A stretch of 64,000 bases of DNA from Rhizophagus irregularis. Its lineage: Eukaryota. Of the stretch, positions 48,945-63,180 are shown piece by piece. The position numbers were made by a program, and so were the translations under genes. The stretch is from positions 3,968,001 through 4,032,000 of the forward strand of contig NC_089434.1 of assembly GCF_026210795.1 (NCBI RefSeq), in the 5' to 3' direction. Each line of letters starts with the position of its first letter. Positions within the stretch are counted from its first letter, which is position 1. Below the pieces are notes generated by a model, which saw nothing but the letters and a program-made list of their open reading frames with translations, was not told where the DNA came from and searched no databases.

Positions 48945-51191
48945 ACCTCAACCACGTGTTTATTACCAATCACGATCATATGAATATTATTAACCCCAAC
49001 AATTATCACCGCCACAATTGTTTGTGTTGCTTTATATTATTTGGCATCTTTTTCTTCTTAATTCATCGACTTTTTGAACATAAATTTTATAACTAAAACT
49101 TTAGGAACATTATTTTTCAAATGTTCACGTTAACAAAAAAAAAGCTACAATAAAAATAATTTCTACTACTGTACTACGTTATTTTAATTTGAAGGAAAAA
49201 AATGTTCTTCAACTTATCCCTTTAATAGAGGATGTTCCTTGATCTATGTGACGTAATCAATCTGTGTTGATGATCATGATCGTAAGGATTATTTAAAATA
49301 ATTCAAATAGACGAAATATTTACTAATTACTAAATCCATATTTTATAATTGGAAAACAATTAGTTTCCTTTTCACTATTTAAGTTTAAGTTTTATAATTT
49401 TTTGTTGATAACTTGATTTTCTTAGAAGTTGTAGGGATCAAATGCTGTTGGAGTGGTCAATATGAATATAGTAAAATATTGTTCTATGCTAAAATTATAT
49501 TTTGTCTTCTGACAATTATTAATGCCATAATTAAGGCAAGGAAAGACATTGGATCGAGGAAATGTGAAGTGTTAACAATTGGATGTGGATGAGTACTGTG
49601 ACGGATATGTGATGAGATAACTATTATTAATCGAATATTAGAATGAATGTATTTTTGATTTTCATTTTGTAATGTTGGATTACAATAAGAATTAGAAAAA
49701 TAGTGGTAATGGTATAAGTTCTTCACAGTATATTTGCCAATATCAGATAAAGCCAATATCAGACAAACTAGTTTATAATTTATCAAAATAATGGGTGTAT
49801 CTGTAATATATTTTTCAGTATCTGACAAAGAAGTGGTGGAAATCTTTTTGCTACCATCATCAAAGAATGTTATTCCACAACAATCGATATAGATAGTATT
49901 ATGAATTAATTTTCAACCATTTAATTATATGATTATATTTAACTAATTTAAGAGCTCACTATTTTGACTTATTTTTTGATTACAATATCCACCTTTGTTT
50001 TCATTCTTTATTAAACTGTTCTATTCCCCTTTTCATAACCGCGTTTGACAAGTTCCTTTCTGTTTGGATTAAAAGTGATAATTCAATAGCGTGCTATATA
50101 ATATCTGCATCCTTGAAAACCAGCAATACAGCTTTTTCATTTTCATTTGCTGGCTTCCATCAAAGGATTTATTTTGTAAATGGTTTAATTATCTTTGAGA
50201 TGAAATAAATTGTGGCAATATTATGATGTTGAGAGAATTTGTTAAGATTAAAGTGAGGAATAATAGGTATTAAAGAATGAATCAAAGAAGAATTATAAGA
50301 ATGAGAATAAGCATATTTACTTTTTTGAATTTCTTTTTGTAAAAAAAAAGTGAATTTTTTTTTTCATTTCTCCAGTAATTTTCTGACCCTTTTTATAAGA
50401 AAAAAATTTGACAATTATGCGCGTAATATAAAAGGAAATGTTTTAGAATTTTTATTAATATATTGAATGACATTATTATTTATCGGAAGCCAGGATTTCA
50501 AATACAACATACGCGTATTTACTTGAAAAAAATGTATATTAATATTATTACATCAAAATGCATTTGAAAGAAAGTAGAATAAATCATATTTTTCCTTATA
50601 AATATATTATTAAATAAATACGGCATTGCTTTATAATTAATAATTATTTAAATTGGAATATAACAATAAAATTTATTTTCTATATGTGTCAGTTTGCTTT
50701 TGTCGTTAAATTTATGAACAAAGAACTTCAGATTAAATTTCAAATGCGGGTCACGGAAGAAGTCACATTCAGTTAGCTAATTAATATTCCAAAAATGTAA
50801 ATAAAAAAAATGTCTTTATGCAAAAAGATGCGTGATGAAGTACGACTCATTTTCTCTCCTTTTTTTTTTAAAAAAAAAAAATTCTAAATAATTTGATTCG
50901 TTAAAACTTTGATATTACAACTTTAATGGGCAAAGTTATGTACGTGATAAATACTCAAAAATTTATTTAAATAGGGATAAATATAAAATATCACTTATTC
51001 AGTTCATAATATAACTGAAGGAGAAGAGCAAGAGGTAATATAAAAATATCATTTATTGTAAATATAAATAAAAATTAATTTTTACTTAATATTAATAGGA
51101 TCACAGCAAATAAAAATTGACTCAATATTTGGCAAAATAAAATCTCATGGAAAATTATATCAATAGAAATTAAATTTGTTAGATAGGCCCG

Positions 51192-51340
51192 TTATTCCAT
51201 GGATATCTAATAAATACTCCATATACACTGATGCTCTCTTCCCTTCGGGAGGCCCCAAGGCATCGGTGAATATTTCAGTTATTTATTGATACCGCATAGA
51301 ATAATAAGTATGTATCTCATAGTATCAAATACTTATTATT
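51192..51340 (+). other. Long imperfect hairpin capped by a UUCG loop, plus an adjacent second hairpin
   Basis: AATAAATACT pairs with AGTATTTATT; CACTGATGCTCT pairs with AGGGCATCGGTG using two U-G pairs; the apex is CC-TTCG-GG; then AATAATAAGTAT...ATACTTATTATT. Confidence 0.7.
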
Positions 51341-53079
51341 TAATGATAAAAAAAAACAAGAGTCGGGATAAAAACTAAAAACCTGATTGGTCCCGATTCT
51401 TAACAAGCTCTTAATACACCAATTCATCATCATCTGACCAGAATATAGAATTTGATCAATTTGTTACATACATAATCGCGTCAAAAACTTCTCATATTCT
51501 TCCATAACTGGTTCTGGTTAATATTTATAAATAAAGGTGATTCGGATCTTAATTATATCTATTGGCTCTACATCAGAGATAAGTTTAATTTTTTTCCCTA
51601 TGAAAAAAGACCAAGTCATATCAAGTCTTGTCTGTAATCTGGTGATTTTTTAAAATGGTCGCGTAGGATTTTCATTTGCACGTGTTATTCAAATGTCTAT
51701 AACAGGTTCACGTTTCTACTTTCTATGGATTCGAGTCCGGATTGATTTTAATACACGAAACTTATTGTATGCATTATATTATTTGTCAACATAGATGTCA
51801 AATTCGTTGCAGAATTTGATTTCAATACATGATGAGTTACTAATAACATAATAGTTTAGATTTTTTGATCCTGTGGTATGTATAAATCTATTGCATTGTA
51901 TCCGATCTTGATTACAATCTCAATGACTTCTTCTTGTAAACATCAATTAACTGTTTTTCAAATTTTCTTTCTTTCCTGTGAAATTAGATCGAAGAATAAG
52001 AATTTTTTTTGATTATCGATATCAATCAAGTCATCAAGTCCGGTTACACATTTCTTAAATATGCATATATTTTACTTACCGGTATATCTTTTTTTTTTCA
52101 CGGAAAATTCCGAGTTTCAAAACATTGTTTTAAAACGTTTTGTATCTAATTGATTTATTTGTACTTAAAATAAACTAAATATTACGAAATATATAAATTT
52201 CAAAGCCCCTATTGCTTTGCCTCCGGATCATGATTGTAATACCTGGCTGATGGCTTGTGAACATCAGAATAAATTTTTAATTCGTAATTAATTTTCGATT
52301 TTTCGAAGTTTCTCTCATGCCTTTAAAAGTTCGGTAAAAACTTTTTTGATCAACAAAGCCATATTAAATATTCTGAAGTTTGTAACATGAATAACACATG
52401 AACAAATTAATTATTATTAAAAAGTGATATCTTTATAAACTTGCATTATCAATATTTTTTACTGTTAATCATATGATATTTCACGCGAAACTTTACTAAT
52501 TAGTGTATGCGGCTTACAAAAAAAAAAAAAAAAAATTAAAAATAAATATTTTGAAGATATCAAAACAACTTCATAAATCATTAAAAGTTGTTAACTCCGT
52601 TCTTTAAAGACTTATTGCGCCTTTTACTACATTCTATATTTAGTTTCTTAGTTTTTAAATGTTTTCTATAATTTCTTGTAATCCTTTTTACACCAGGTGC
52701 TAATTAAATGTTAAGCTACATAACCAAAAATATCAATTAAATAACTCATGAAATTTTGATATTTTACAACAAATTTGTGTCGTACTGTAGATCTTGGATG
52801 TTTTGATTTTAAGCCCTGGAATAAATCAGTTTGGGCTGTGTGGGCCGTGGGCTATGGTTATAGGCTGTGTACATGTTTTTTTGATTCCATTATGTATTTA
52901 CATTAAATTGTTAATTATATAAATAGACTGACTGCTATTAAAGTTGTTTTTTAAATAAACGCATCACTTCTCTAGAAAGATTATTTTCAAGGAATTAATT
53001 AATTTAGAAAAGATGATTAAATAGTAATGTTAACATGGTTGAATAATTCTTTGATAAGTAACTCACACCTTCAATTATT

Positions 53080-54960
53080 AGTATTCTAAATGCAAGAATT
53101 TAATAAACAAATAAATATAAATGGAGATTAATGAATTTAATAGATCAGACATACATTTTGTTTCTATTAAAGAGGTCAATAACTTACATCCGATGGAGAA
53201 AATCATATTCTAATCCTTATGATTTAATATATTCATTGATTCAGAAATTTCGAATCTGTGTATTGCATCCTCATCCATCAAAACTTCAAAGGTATTATTT
53301 ATATAAAAAATAAAATTCCTTCTTTGATTTATAGTTCATATATTATTTAGATTTTTCATGGTGTGGGTTACTTATTGATACATAAATTCAAAGATTATTA
53401 TACCAGATATACTCTTCTATTATTATCTTTTATTTAAAATAATTGTTAAAAACTTTACCATCAAGAAGAATGAATATCATAAATCTAAATATGTAAAATG
53501 GGAATCTATAAAGCATTGTTGTACTTAAGAAATCCATACTGATGACTTTGCAAAATAAATTATATAATAGAGGAATGCTGTGCCCTATAGAATATCAAAT
53601 AAAAGATTTTAATCAAGCAAAAAAGTCCATATCATATCTACAACATGTTAATAATTCCCAAGATTGAATAATATAGAACTTAAGCAAGTTACAATCTTTA
53701 CAAAAAAAGTTAGTATATATGTTGAAGGTACCTCACAGATACTTCTCAAAAGTCAGATTAATGATCTTCTACCAAAGGTTTTTACTTAGCATGAAAATCA
53801 AAAAAAATTATGCTAATTAAAGTATAGCATGCCTTTCTCTAACCACAAGAATTATAATACCCTTGTATATATTTAAAGGGCAATAGGGGCTTACATATCT
53901 TATATTAAATGCCATTGATACTGAAACAACATGATATATATATATACAGTATATGTTGCTAGAATAGTATTGATCTTACAATTATTCTTAAATAAAGTCC
54001 TTGAAAAAAAATTAACAGGCTGATTTACAATTGCTTTAGTTTTCTGGTTCTCCTCTTGTTTGATTTCAGTTTTTTATTTTACCTTCTTTCAATCACCTTT
54101 TGTTTAATCTGGCCAAGAAAGAAGAAACAAAATCACATAAGTGTTGAAATTACAATGAGAGAGAAAAAGGATCCTATCAGCAGATTGTATACAACCCAAA
54201 GAACTAGATATGTCTCCCACACTAAATATTGCTATTACTTCAACTTCAGACATTAAAATTAATTGAATAAAAAATAAAAGGTACTCCATATTTTTAGAAA
54301 GACAAGAAAAATTTCAGGTGGCTGCCACCTTTGTTAACAGAATTAGAGAATAACTTCCATGACCTACAGTAATGATCATTATATAATATTGAAAGACTAT
54401 TGAGGTATTATTATAGTTAAATGAAATAAAGAGGACATGGATTTTCTAATGCATATAGAGATTCATATGTAGAAAACTTGAGATTGTATATATGTAAATA
54501 TTACAAGTCAAAGTACTGCAACTCCTATAATAAGTATTCTAGGCAATGAAATATAATGTGTCACTAATCTTTATTATTTGAGCGGGAAAACTTAATATAC
54601 ATTATGTGGCATCATTCATCATTAGAATTATACGCTGCCAATGAGGTTGTGCTATAGTAAGGATAGTCTCAGTTCCTAGTTATAGGATTACTACAATTAA
54701 ATGAAAAAGGAAATTCAAAATTGCCACTATAGAAAATATTGCTGCTATTGCATTTCCTTCATCAACTATGGCAAACAAAGAAGAATATAATGATATATAT
54801 ATCTATATGGACTCCATGTGTGATTCTCCAAATAACAAATCAGTCAGGATTTTTCAAAAATATGGTTCAAGAAATTTCCAAAATAATTGTAAATGGACAG
54901 AAGTTATCAACAAATGGTAGATAACAATATGATCCTATTTACCAAAAAAAATGTTATTAT
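53080..54960 (+). pseudogene. Heavily degenerate coding relic, family uncertain
   Basis: Protein-like fragments between stops, with an intron-like break at about 53292-53350. A late piece SIWTPCVILQIT is only weakly reminiscent of Crinkler-type nuclease domains. Confidence 0.2.
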
Positions 54961-57900
54961 CCTTTAATATAAATGAAGCTAAAAGTACAATTGAACTGAG
55001 CTTCCAAATAATATTTGATAATTTAAGTACTTTGACCAAAAAAAGGTTTTACAGCACTTTTAAATAATGAGTATACATCTTTAATTGATGAAAGTACAAC
55101 TTTACAATGACTTGTAAATGTTTACTCATTAAATATTTTTGATATTTGTAAATGATTAATATTTCATTAAATTTTTAATTCTATTATTTTATGGAAATTA
55201 TTTTGAAAAAAATTTTCCATTAATCATAATATTTACTATAGTAAATTTAATAGTATCAATATCATTATATTTTTTAGTGTGTTAAAAAAATCCTGAAGGA
55301 AAAAACTCTGTGACATTTGAGACCACTACTTTTATAATACAAGATTCTGTCATCGATTTAGCATTTACATTATTAAGAGTTGAAAATACTTCAACATTTA
55401 ATAATTCCAAAATAAGAAATTTTTGTTTAATATTATGTTATTTTTATTATTTTAAAGATTAATTTAATTAATTAATAATTTTCTTATTTATTATTATTTA
55501 GCATGGTATTCTTTATTGTATCTATTATAATCAATTATCTATTGGCCTTAAATATTTTATATCTGAAATAGCTACAAACCCACTTAGTTTTCATACTACA
55601 GATGGTTACCAAAAGTATACAGACATTTTTAAATTAACAATTTCATATAAAATATTATAATAAAAATAAAATTTATTAAGTAATAAATGTATTAATCTGA
55701 TTGTTCTTTTTAATTTTACATAAAAAAAATTATATATTAATAATTAATATTACATCCATTTGCAGCAATAATTGCTTCACAACATGCTGTCAATTAATTT
55801 TTGGAGAAATATTATTAACATACTTTTCAAGTACTTTGATATTAGATGGTACTGGATGATGATGATGTATCATTGTGAAACAATTGGTCCAAACCCACAC
55901 ATCTACTAGGGCTGTGTTTAATGATTGCAACAGAATCAGAACCGAGATTTTTCGATAAGTCAAAGCTAAAACGAAATTGGCAAAATTAGCATCTATAGGC
56001 GAACTCTTTGAATCATGTGATATAATAAAGTTGACCAATTAAATTTAAAGCTTAATGACGAAGTTACTTCAAAGATGACGTAAATTTTTTATCAAAATTT
56101 TTTTACAAAAATTATTAGAATTATTTAAAAATAATCCAATTATACGATAAAATGAAACAAAGAAATGAATGTGACGATGTGATAAACGTGTTTAGCAAAA
56201 TAAATATGTATGCAATACAAGAATAAAATATTTTTTTTTTGTATTAACACAATAATCCAACCCTCAAGGTTCGTCCATTTTAACACCACATGACAAACCT
56301 TCAAACCAAAAAGTAGAGGCAAACTAGGTTGGTTTGGTTGGGATGAGTATATGGGGAGAGATGATAAAATTAGCCATTCGGAATCCCCTCGTCATACTAT
56401 CTGACCTATGTATAACATTATAAAAAAATAAATTAAATATTAAACATGAGCCTAAAAATAGCCATAAAATATTTCGATAAGTTTTGTCAGTATCGGAACG
56501 TTTAGGAAATTTGAAGGTTTTGAAATTTTGAAAGGTTTGGCGAAACTAGCTTCGCCAGGTTTCTGAATTGACCTTTGGCGAAACTCTTAGGTCTCGCTCG
56601 CAACATTAATTTGCCTCGGAAAACTGTTGCACAAAAGTAACAATATACTGAGTATTATATAATAATATAATGCATAAATGCTTATATTCTCATTGGTCAA
56701 TGAGCGACGTGACAAAGCATTATAATATTAAACTTTTCAAATTTTCAAATACAAAGTATAAATTCTGCGCGAACAGACGTTTATATCAGATTCCCATGTG
56801 TAGTTTTATTAATACTCCATCTTATACAACCAATATAATTTGTATTTCTTTCTTATCCTTCAAGTATTTCTAACTCTTTTTGTTGTATCCTTAAATGCAT
56901 TGGAATTTTCTTATTGTGCTATTATGATTAAAATGATATTTTAAAATTATTATAAGTAATTTCATACTTAAAAAAAATTGAGTCACTATCTTTTTATGTA
57001 ATATTCCAAATTCCAATCTCCGCGACAAATATTAAAATAAAATAATGACGGAGGGTTATTGAAGGCGTTGTCATTATAATTCAGCCAATATAAGTGGAGA
57101 AAAAATGGAACATGATATTGATTACTCCATCTATTTAACTAACAACTAAGGACTAAACAATAAATATTCCTCACATCCTTACGGTCAAACCCAAAAAATG
57201 TTGTTATAATTAGCGTTTTCAAATTAGTAGAATTCGAGCATATCAGAAATTATTCATTTATTTTATTTTATTCAATTGTTTATTTATTTACTTATTATTA
57301 AAAGGAATAAGATACGGTGATATTTAAAATATTTTCATGGCCATAAAGAAAATTTATTTAATAATATATATATTTATACAAATAAAATAAAAAGAAAAAA
57401 AAACTAAAATTAATTCACTAAAAAAATTACACGCAGCCAAGAGTATACTCTTTCTTTGTCCCCTTATTCTTCTGCACCAGGCAAAATATAGGAATCAATC
57501 CTATTGAGGTTGTTGATTGGTTGTTGAGGTTGAAACAAGGTTGCGTATTTCCGTCATGAAAGTTTGTCTATAGACTGTTAATAGAAAAGAATTTTTTAAA
57601 ACTTTTTTTTTTTTATTGGATAAAAATAATGTATACATACTCATATATTAATGGCTAGGACGGTAGATAGTTTATTTTTACTTTTCATAATTAAAATACG
57701 ACATCCTTCAGAATCTTTGTAAACACACGATCACACATAACACTATAAAGCATTATGTATTTCGTGGAGACATTGAACCCCCGTTTATATGAAAAAAGGC
57801 TCACCGGTCTTTACGGTCTATTAGAAACTAAATAATAAAAAATGATATTAATAATATTTTTCACTTTATCAGAATGGTAATTTTTAAAAATTTTTACAAG

Positions 57901-60503
57901 CAAAAAATATATTGATTTATAATAAACTATCATAAAGAGAAATTTTTTAAATAAAAATGGTTCCTTTTTATATCTGGGAAAAAAATATATTTTCATTTTA
58001 ACGATGCGCGGAAATTCCGTCCATTTTTCTGTGATACATACACATATATTAGGTTTAGTTTTATATATAAAAAGTATCATTTTAAAAAGGATAATTGTTT
58101 TACTTATTATGTAACAATTTTTTTTTTTTTGCAAACAAAAACCACAATGACATTCAGGGGAACGCCTTTAAAATACCAGTAAAAGATAAAAGGAAAATAT
58201 TGATGCAGATCTTATTGGATGTTAAAGTACTTTCCCGGTGGTATTGTTGTGTCCCAAGTTGACGATGTGCCCCAAATCAACGATCGGCCTAAATTCTCGG
58301 CCCCCCTTATTGTAAAATTTGTAAAATATATTACGATATGTATCAAGTAAGACCCGTTGCGGTGCTAAAAACGATATATTTGCGATAAAGAAAGATTTTA
58401 ATAAAAAGCTACTATTGTTTTATTGAAGAGAAATTATGCAAAGAGTGCTTAATAATACAATATGTTAAGCACATATTGCAATTATTGCATGAGTAACCAA
58501 ATCAACTATCAAATCAAATTTGTGAAACAATAAATTTCAATGGTGCATGTGAAACAACGCCAATAAAGTATGATGTGTCGCATGTCCATACATTTTTGTA
58601 AAAAATCTTCACACTACATTAAAAAATATCATGGGAACTTTTTATTTCGATCCCTGAAAGTTACAAATAAACAATCATTCAAATTTAGAAATTCTCATGC
58701 ATGTTGGCGCTTCAAAGAATATATGACGTTATTAGAACAATACAAACACATGTAAAATGTTAAATGGTTTTATTTTTTTCCCAGAATATTTAGAAGGAAT
58801 CATTAAATATGACATTATAATAGAACTTTGTAATTATATTGTCGTATGAACCCTAATATTGAGATTAACTATATTCGACTAAAAATCTTGAATAAATGAG
58901 AACAAAGAAAAAAAATATTCAAAAAAAAATATTCGTTATTGAAGCGTAATATTAAGTACTAACACATGTTTTCCTATCAGATGTATAAATATGTCTAGTT
59001 CTAACCTAAAATGATAAATTGATCAATAAAATTTGTGTTCATCCATTGAATGAATTTTTTACCAAAAATGAAGAATTGATTATAGAAATTTGTGACCATC
59101 CAATACACGAATCATTTTCAGCGGAAATGAAAACAAAATTTAATTAAATAAGATATTTTGTTAAAAAAACTTATTTGAAACATTACCAATAGCATTTGAA
59201 ATTCATAATATAATTGTGGACGCAATTTGCGATTATTCCTGAAACTGGTTTAAGTTTCATTAAAAATTATCTTTAATTTAGAACTTTATTGTTTTTTATA
59301 AATAAATCTAAATACTCGTACATAAGTGCATCAAAATAAAACACATGCATGAATAAATTTACAATTTTAATCACATTATTGACTAATTATCATTTACTCA
59401 TTGTAATATAGAACATTTCCAAAAAACAGAAATATTATTATATTACTTAACCCGTTTCCAATCATATTCACTACAATATGAGTTGTCTTCTTAGTACGGC
59501 GTTCAGACTACAGGAACGATTTATTATAATTATTTAATCCGTATTAATTCATTCGTGTGAATACTGTTCATTTAGTGGATGATCAAATATTGCTAATTAG
59601 AGAATATTCTTGCAAACTTTAGCTAGGATCAGTTGCATTCATTACAATATGAACAGCATTTCTTCGAAATTGTTTAACCGTACGTACGTATCATCGTCGG
59701 TGTAAATGATGTTGTTTCCTATTACTAAATTTAAACTTTAATACGCCATTTTTTTATTTTGATGATTGGTTTGGTTCCATTATTAACAATAATAAATAAA
59801 GGTTCTTTTTAAAATAAGGCATTAATTTGTTGGCTTCTCAACATAAATATTTTCTCATAAAGTTATAAAATGGGCTCCAGAACACCAGCTAAAAAATTTT
59901 CCTTACATCTTATTGTGCATAAAAGCACTTAATGTTTACCTATAATATCCACTTTCATTAGTTAAATACTCGACATAATGGACAATCCGGTCCATTAATA
60001 AAATTTTTAAAAAATTCGTTATCTTATATATAATAATCCGTTTCAATATGATCCATATATCGAGGATCCCGGTATATCATACGTCTATTATTATGTGACA
60101 CTAATTTTTTTCTCTATAATAAATTTCATGTCACGTCAAATTCTTATTAAAAAATCTTACTATTTGCGTGCTACGCTTATATAAACGAGTTCGGACTTCC
60201 TTTGAATTTAATGCAGTAATTAAGATATTTTTAAGAAAATTCATTTTCGTGGCACCTCGCATTTTAATTTATATTTATCGTTTTAACAATCGGTTTAAAA
60301 TTTGTTTAAAAATTAAGATTTATAATAATAATATAACTTTAAAGAAATATAATATCGTATCTATATGTAATTTTCTAAGATATTTAATTAAACAATTAAA
60401 TAAAGTTGTGTATTCTAGTAAGTAAAACTTGTTACGCTCGAATTATGATCGGCTCTTGTCCTTAAATAATTATCGAAGTCTGATAAATGAAGTTTATGGT
60501 ATA

Positions 60504-60671
60504 CAGTCAGACTTCTATAATTGCACTCTCCATAATCACCCTCTGGTTCGGTCACAAGCTTATATAATCTCTAATTATTTTACCTCAATAATTGCACACC
60601 CTCTTTAAATGCACTATTTTGAAAATTATGCATATGGTCTCAAGGGGTGTGCAATTATGGAGGTCTGACTG
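60504..60671. mobile_element. Tc1/mariner/pogo-type MITE
   Basis: TA|CAGTCAGACTTCTATAATTGCAC ... GTGCAATTATGGAGGTCTGACTG|TA. Confidence 0.88.
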
Positions 60672-61119
60672 TATATGGTACCAACAATAAACATGTTAAT
60701 AATGTTTCTGTGGGCTTAAGTTACACAGATGATGATTTTAAAATCAAGGTTGGTAAAAGTATCGAATTTTGGATTGGGATTTGGATTTGCCGATCATATA
60801 GTCATTTCGGATTGGATTGAGATCTACATAATTTATAATTTTGATAGTACCATAATAGTAGTGTGATCAAATGGATCGGGTTATTTACTAATATGATCAG
60901 TTGGCGTGTCATTTGATGATTATATAATAACTCCTTATTTTTATTACCTAAAGCAAACATTTTTATAGATAAACGAATTTTTATTTTATTTTTATTTATA
61001 CGTAAAGTAGAACTCATGCCCAATATATTTAGTAGGAAATAAATGAACTTTCCGTTTACAATATAATCACGTGTGAAATTATAATCATGAGTGACATTTA
61101 GTGCGACATAATAATGATC

Positions 61120-62480
61120 GACTTAATCCAATCCCCAATTCGGATTTTTAATTTTAAATGAATACGTATTTGACTCGATCCAATTTGAATCCAAATCAGG
61201 ATTTAGATTTATAAGTACAGTTTAGACTTAGCCTAATTCAAATGAAATCCAGTCCAAATCAGGTTATCAATTTTCTAATCCAATTCAAATCAGGTTATTA
61301 ACTTATAAATATGGATTTCAAATCTAAATAAATCAGATTTAAAATTTTGTAAATATGGATTGGACTCATCCCATCCAAATCAAATCAGGTTTTTAACCAG
61401 ATTAGACTTAATCCATTTCGAATCCAAATCAGGTTTATAATTTATAATTTGTGGATTGTACTCAATCTAATCCAAATTTTATATTAGGATCTTTGATGGA
61501 TTGGACTCAACCCCATCCAAATCTGAATCTAAATCAGGTTTATAGTTTATAATTATGGATTGTACACAATCCAATCTAAATTTTATAATGGATTTTTGAT
61601 TTATAAATATGGATTGGACTCAACCACATCCAAATCAAAACAGGTTTTTAAAATTAGTCTTAATCCAATCTGAATCTAAATCAGGTTTAAAATTCAATCT
61701 AATCCAAATTTTATATTAGGATTTTTGATGGATTGTACTCAACCACATTCAAATCAAATCAAGTTTTTTAAAATTAGACTTAATCCAATCTGAATCTAAA
61801 TCAGGTTTATAATTTATAATTATGGATTGTACTCAATCTAATTCAAATTTTAAATCAGGATTTTTGATGGATTGGACTCAACTCCATCCAAATCAAATCA
61901 AGTTTTTAAAATTAGACTTAGTCTAAATCAGGTTTATAATTTATAATTATGGATTGTACTCAATCCAATCCAAATTTTATATCAGGCTTTTTAATGGATT
62001 GGACACAACCCATCCAAATCAAATCAGGTTTTTAAAATTAGACTTAGTACAATCTGAATCTAAACCATGTTTATAATTTATAATTATGCAATCCAATCCA
62101 AATTAATTTATAATTATGGATTGTACTCAATCTAATCCAAATTAATTTATAATTATGGATTGTACTCAATCCAATCCAAATAATTTTATAATTATGGATT
62201 GTACTCAATCCAATCCAAATAATTTTATAATTATGGATTGTACTCAATCCAATCCAAATAATTTTATAATTATGGATTGTACTCAATCCAATCCAAATTT
62301 TATATCAGGATTTTTGATGGATTGGACTCAACCCCATCAGGTTTTTAAGATTAGACTTAATTACAAATTATAAACCTGATTTAGATTCGGATTGAATTAT
62401 GGATTGGACTCAATTCAATCCAAATAACGGATTGGACTCTATCTAATCCAAATGAAATCTAAGACAGATTGGATTCCAAA
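61120..62480. repeat. GGATT/AATCC-based satellite-like array including a 39-bp tandem repeat at about 62070-62300
   Basis: Recurrent ATGGATTG(T/G)ACTCAATCCAATCCAAAT; the 39-bp period shows up as the repeating MDCTQSNPNNFII in the ORF track. Confidence 0.9.
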
Positions 62481-62934
62481 TGATGAACCAAAATTTTTGA
62501 AACTATTTCAATTATTATAGGTTGACAATAGTAACTTATTTCGTTCCACTTGTTGCGCCAATAAAAAAAAATAATAATAAAAAAATCATTTTTACAATTA
62601 TATGTTAAATATGAATCCATTTTTAGTGTGTCGAACAAAAAAAAAATTAGCATTCCTGATTTGTCGATCAGTTTATTCGCGGAAGAGATCGGCATTTAGG
62701 GAATGCGGCGGCATCATTGATTTTTTCAATACTAACTTAATTTAGGGGCCAGAAATGACGCCATTTTATTTCAGAGTTCTCCTATTTATATAGGCTAACT
62801 CCCATGATTAGAAAAAAAAAGTAAAAATTAGGAAGACACAGTAAATCTATCACCGAAATTATGGTCTCTGCCAAATAATGTATTATTGGCTGATGATGAC
62901 CAAAATAGGAACGTGATTTGCGGATCTTCTGGGC

Positions 62935-63063
62935 GGTTCTAGAATCTAGTCTAGTCTAAATCCGTAAAAATTTACAAAATATCTAGAACTTTCTCGATTA
63001 AAGAAATTACTAGAAAAACTTACTGTAAATTGTCTAGAACTTTCTTTATTAAAACTATAAATA
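62935..63063 (+). promoter_or_regulatory. Heat-shock-element-like nGAAn/nTTCn repeats and TATA box upstream of the BAG gene
   Basis: TTCTAGAA at about 62937-62944, TCTAGAACTTTCT at 62982-62994 and 63033-63045, and TATAAATA at 63056-63063. Confidence 0.65.
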
Positions 63064-63180
63064 TGATAAAAAATTTTTTTCTTAGTTTTAACTTGAATAC
63101 ATAAGAAAAAAAAAATTTTTTTTTTTATTCACCTTTTATTTTGTTTAGCATCAGATACTTTTCTTTTCTTTTGATAAAAG

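Noticed and set aside
49330..50320. Possible membrane-protein gene on the minus strand
   Set aside because: A hydrophobic tail and an intron-like break are visible, but stops occur in the frames examined and no family is recognisable.
51230..51275. Hammerhead ribozyme
   Set aside because: CTGATG is followed by C rather than A and is paired in a stem, and there is no correctly placed GAAA core.
56535..56610. Helitron 3' hairpin (GGCGAAACTAGCTTCGCC)
   Set aside because: No CTRR terminus at the expected distance; it looks more like a solo TIR end (GGTCTCGCTCGCAACATTA) with no partner found.
62071..62373. Repeat-protein ORFs on both strands
   Set aside because: They are translations of the 39-bp tandem repeat.
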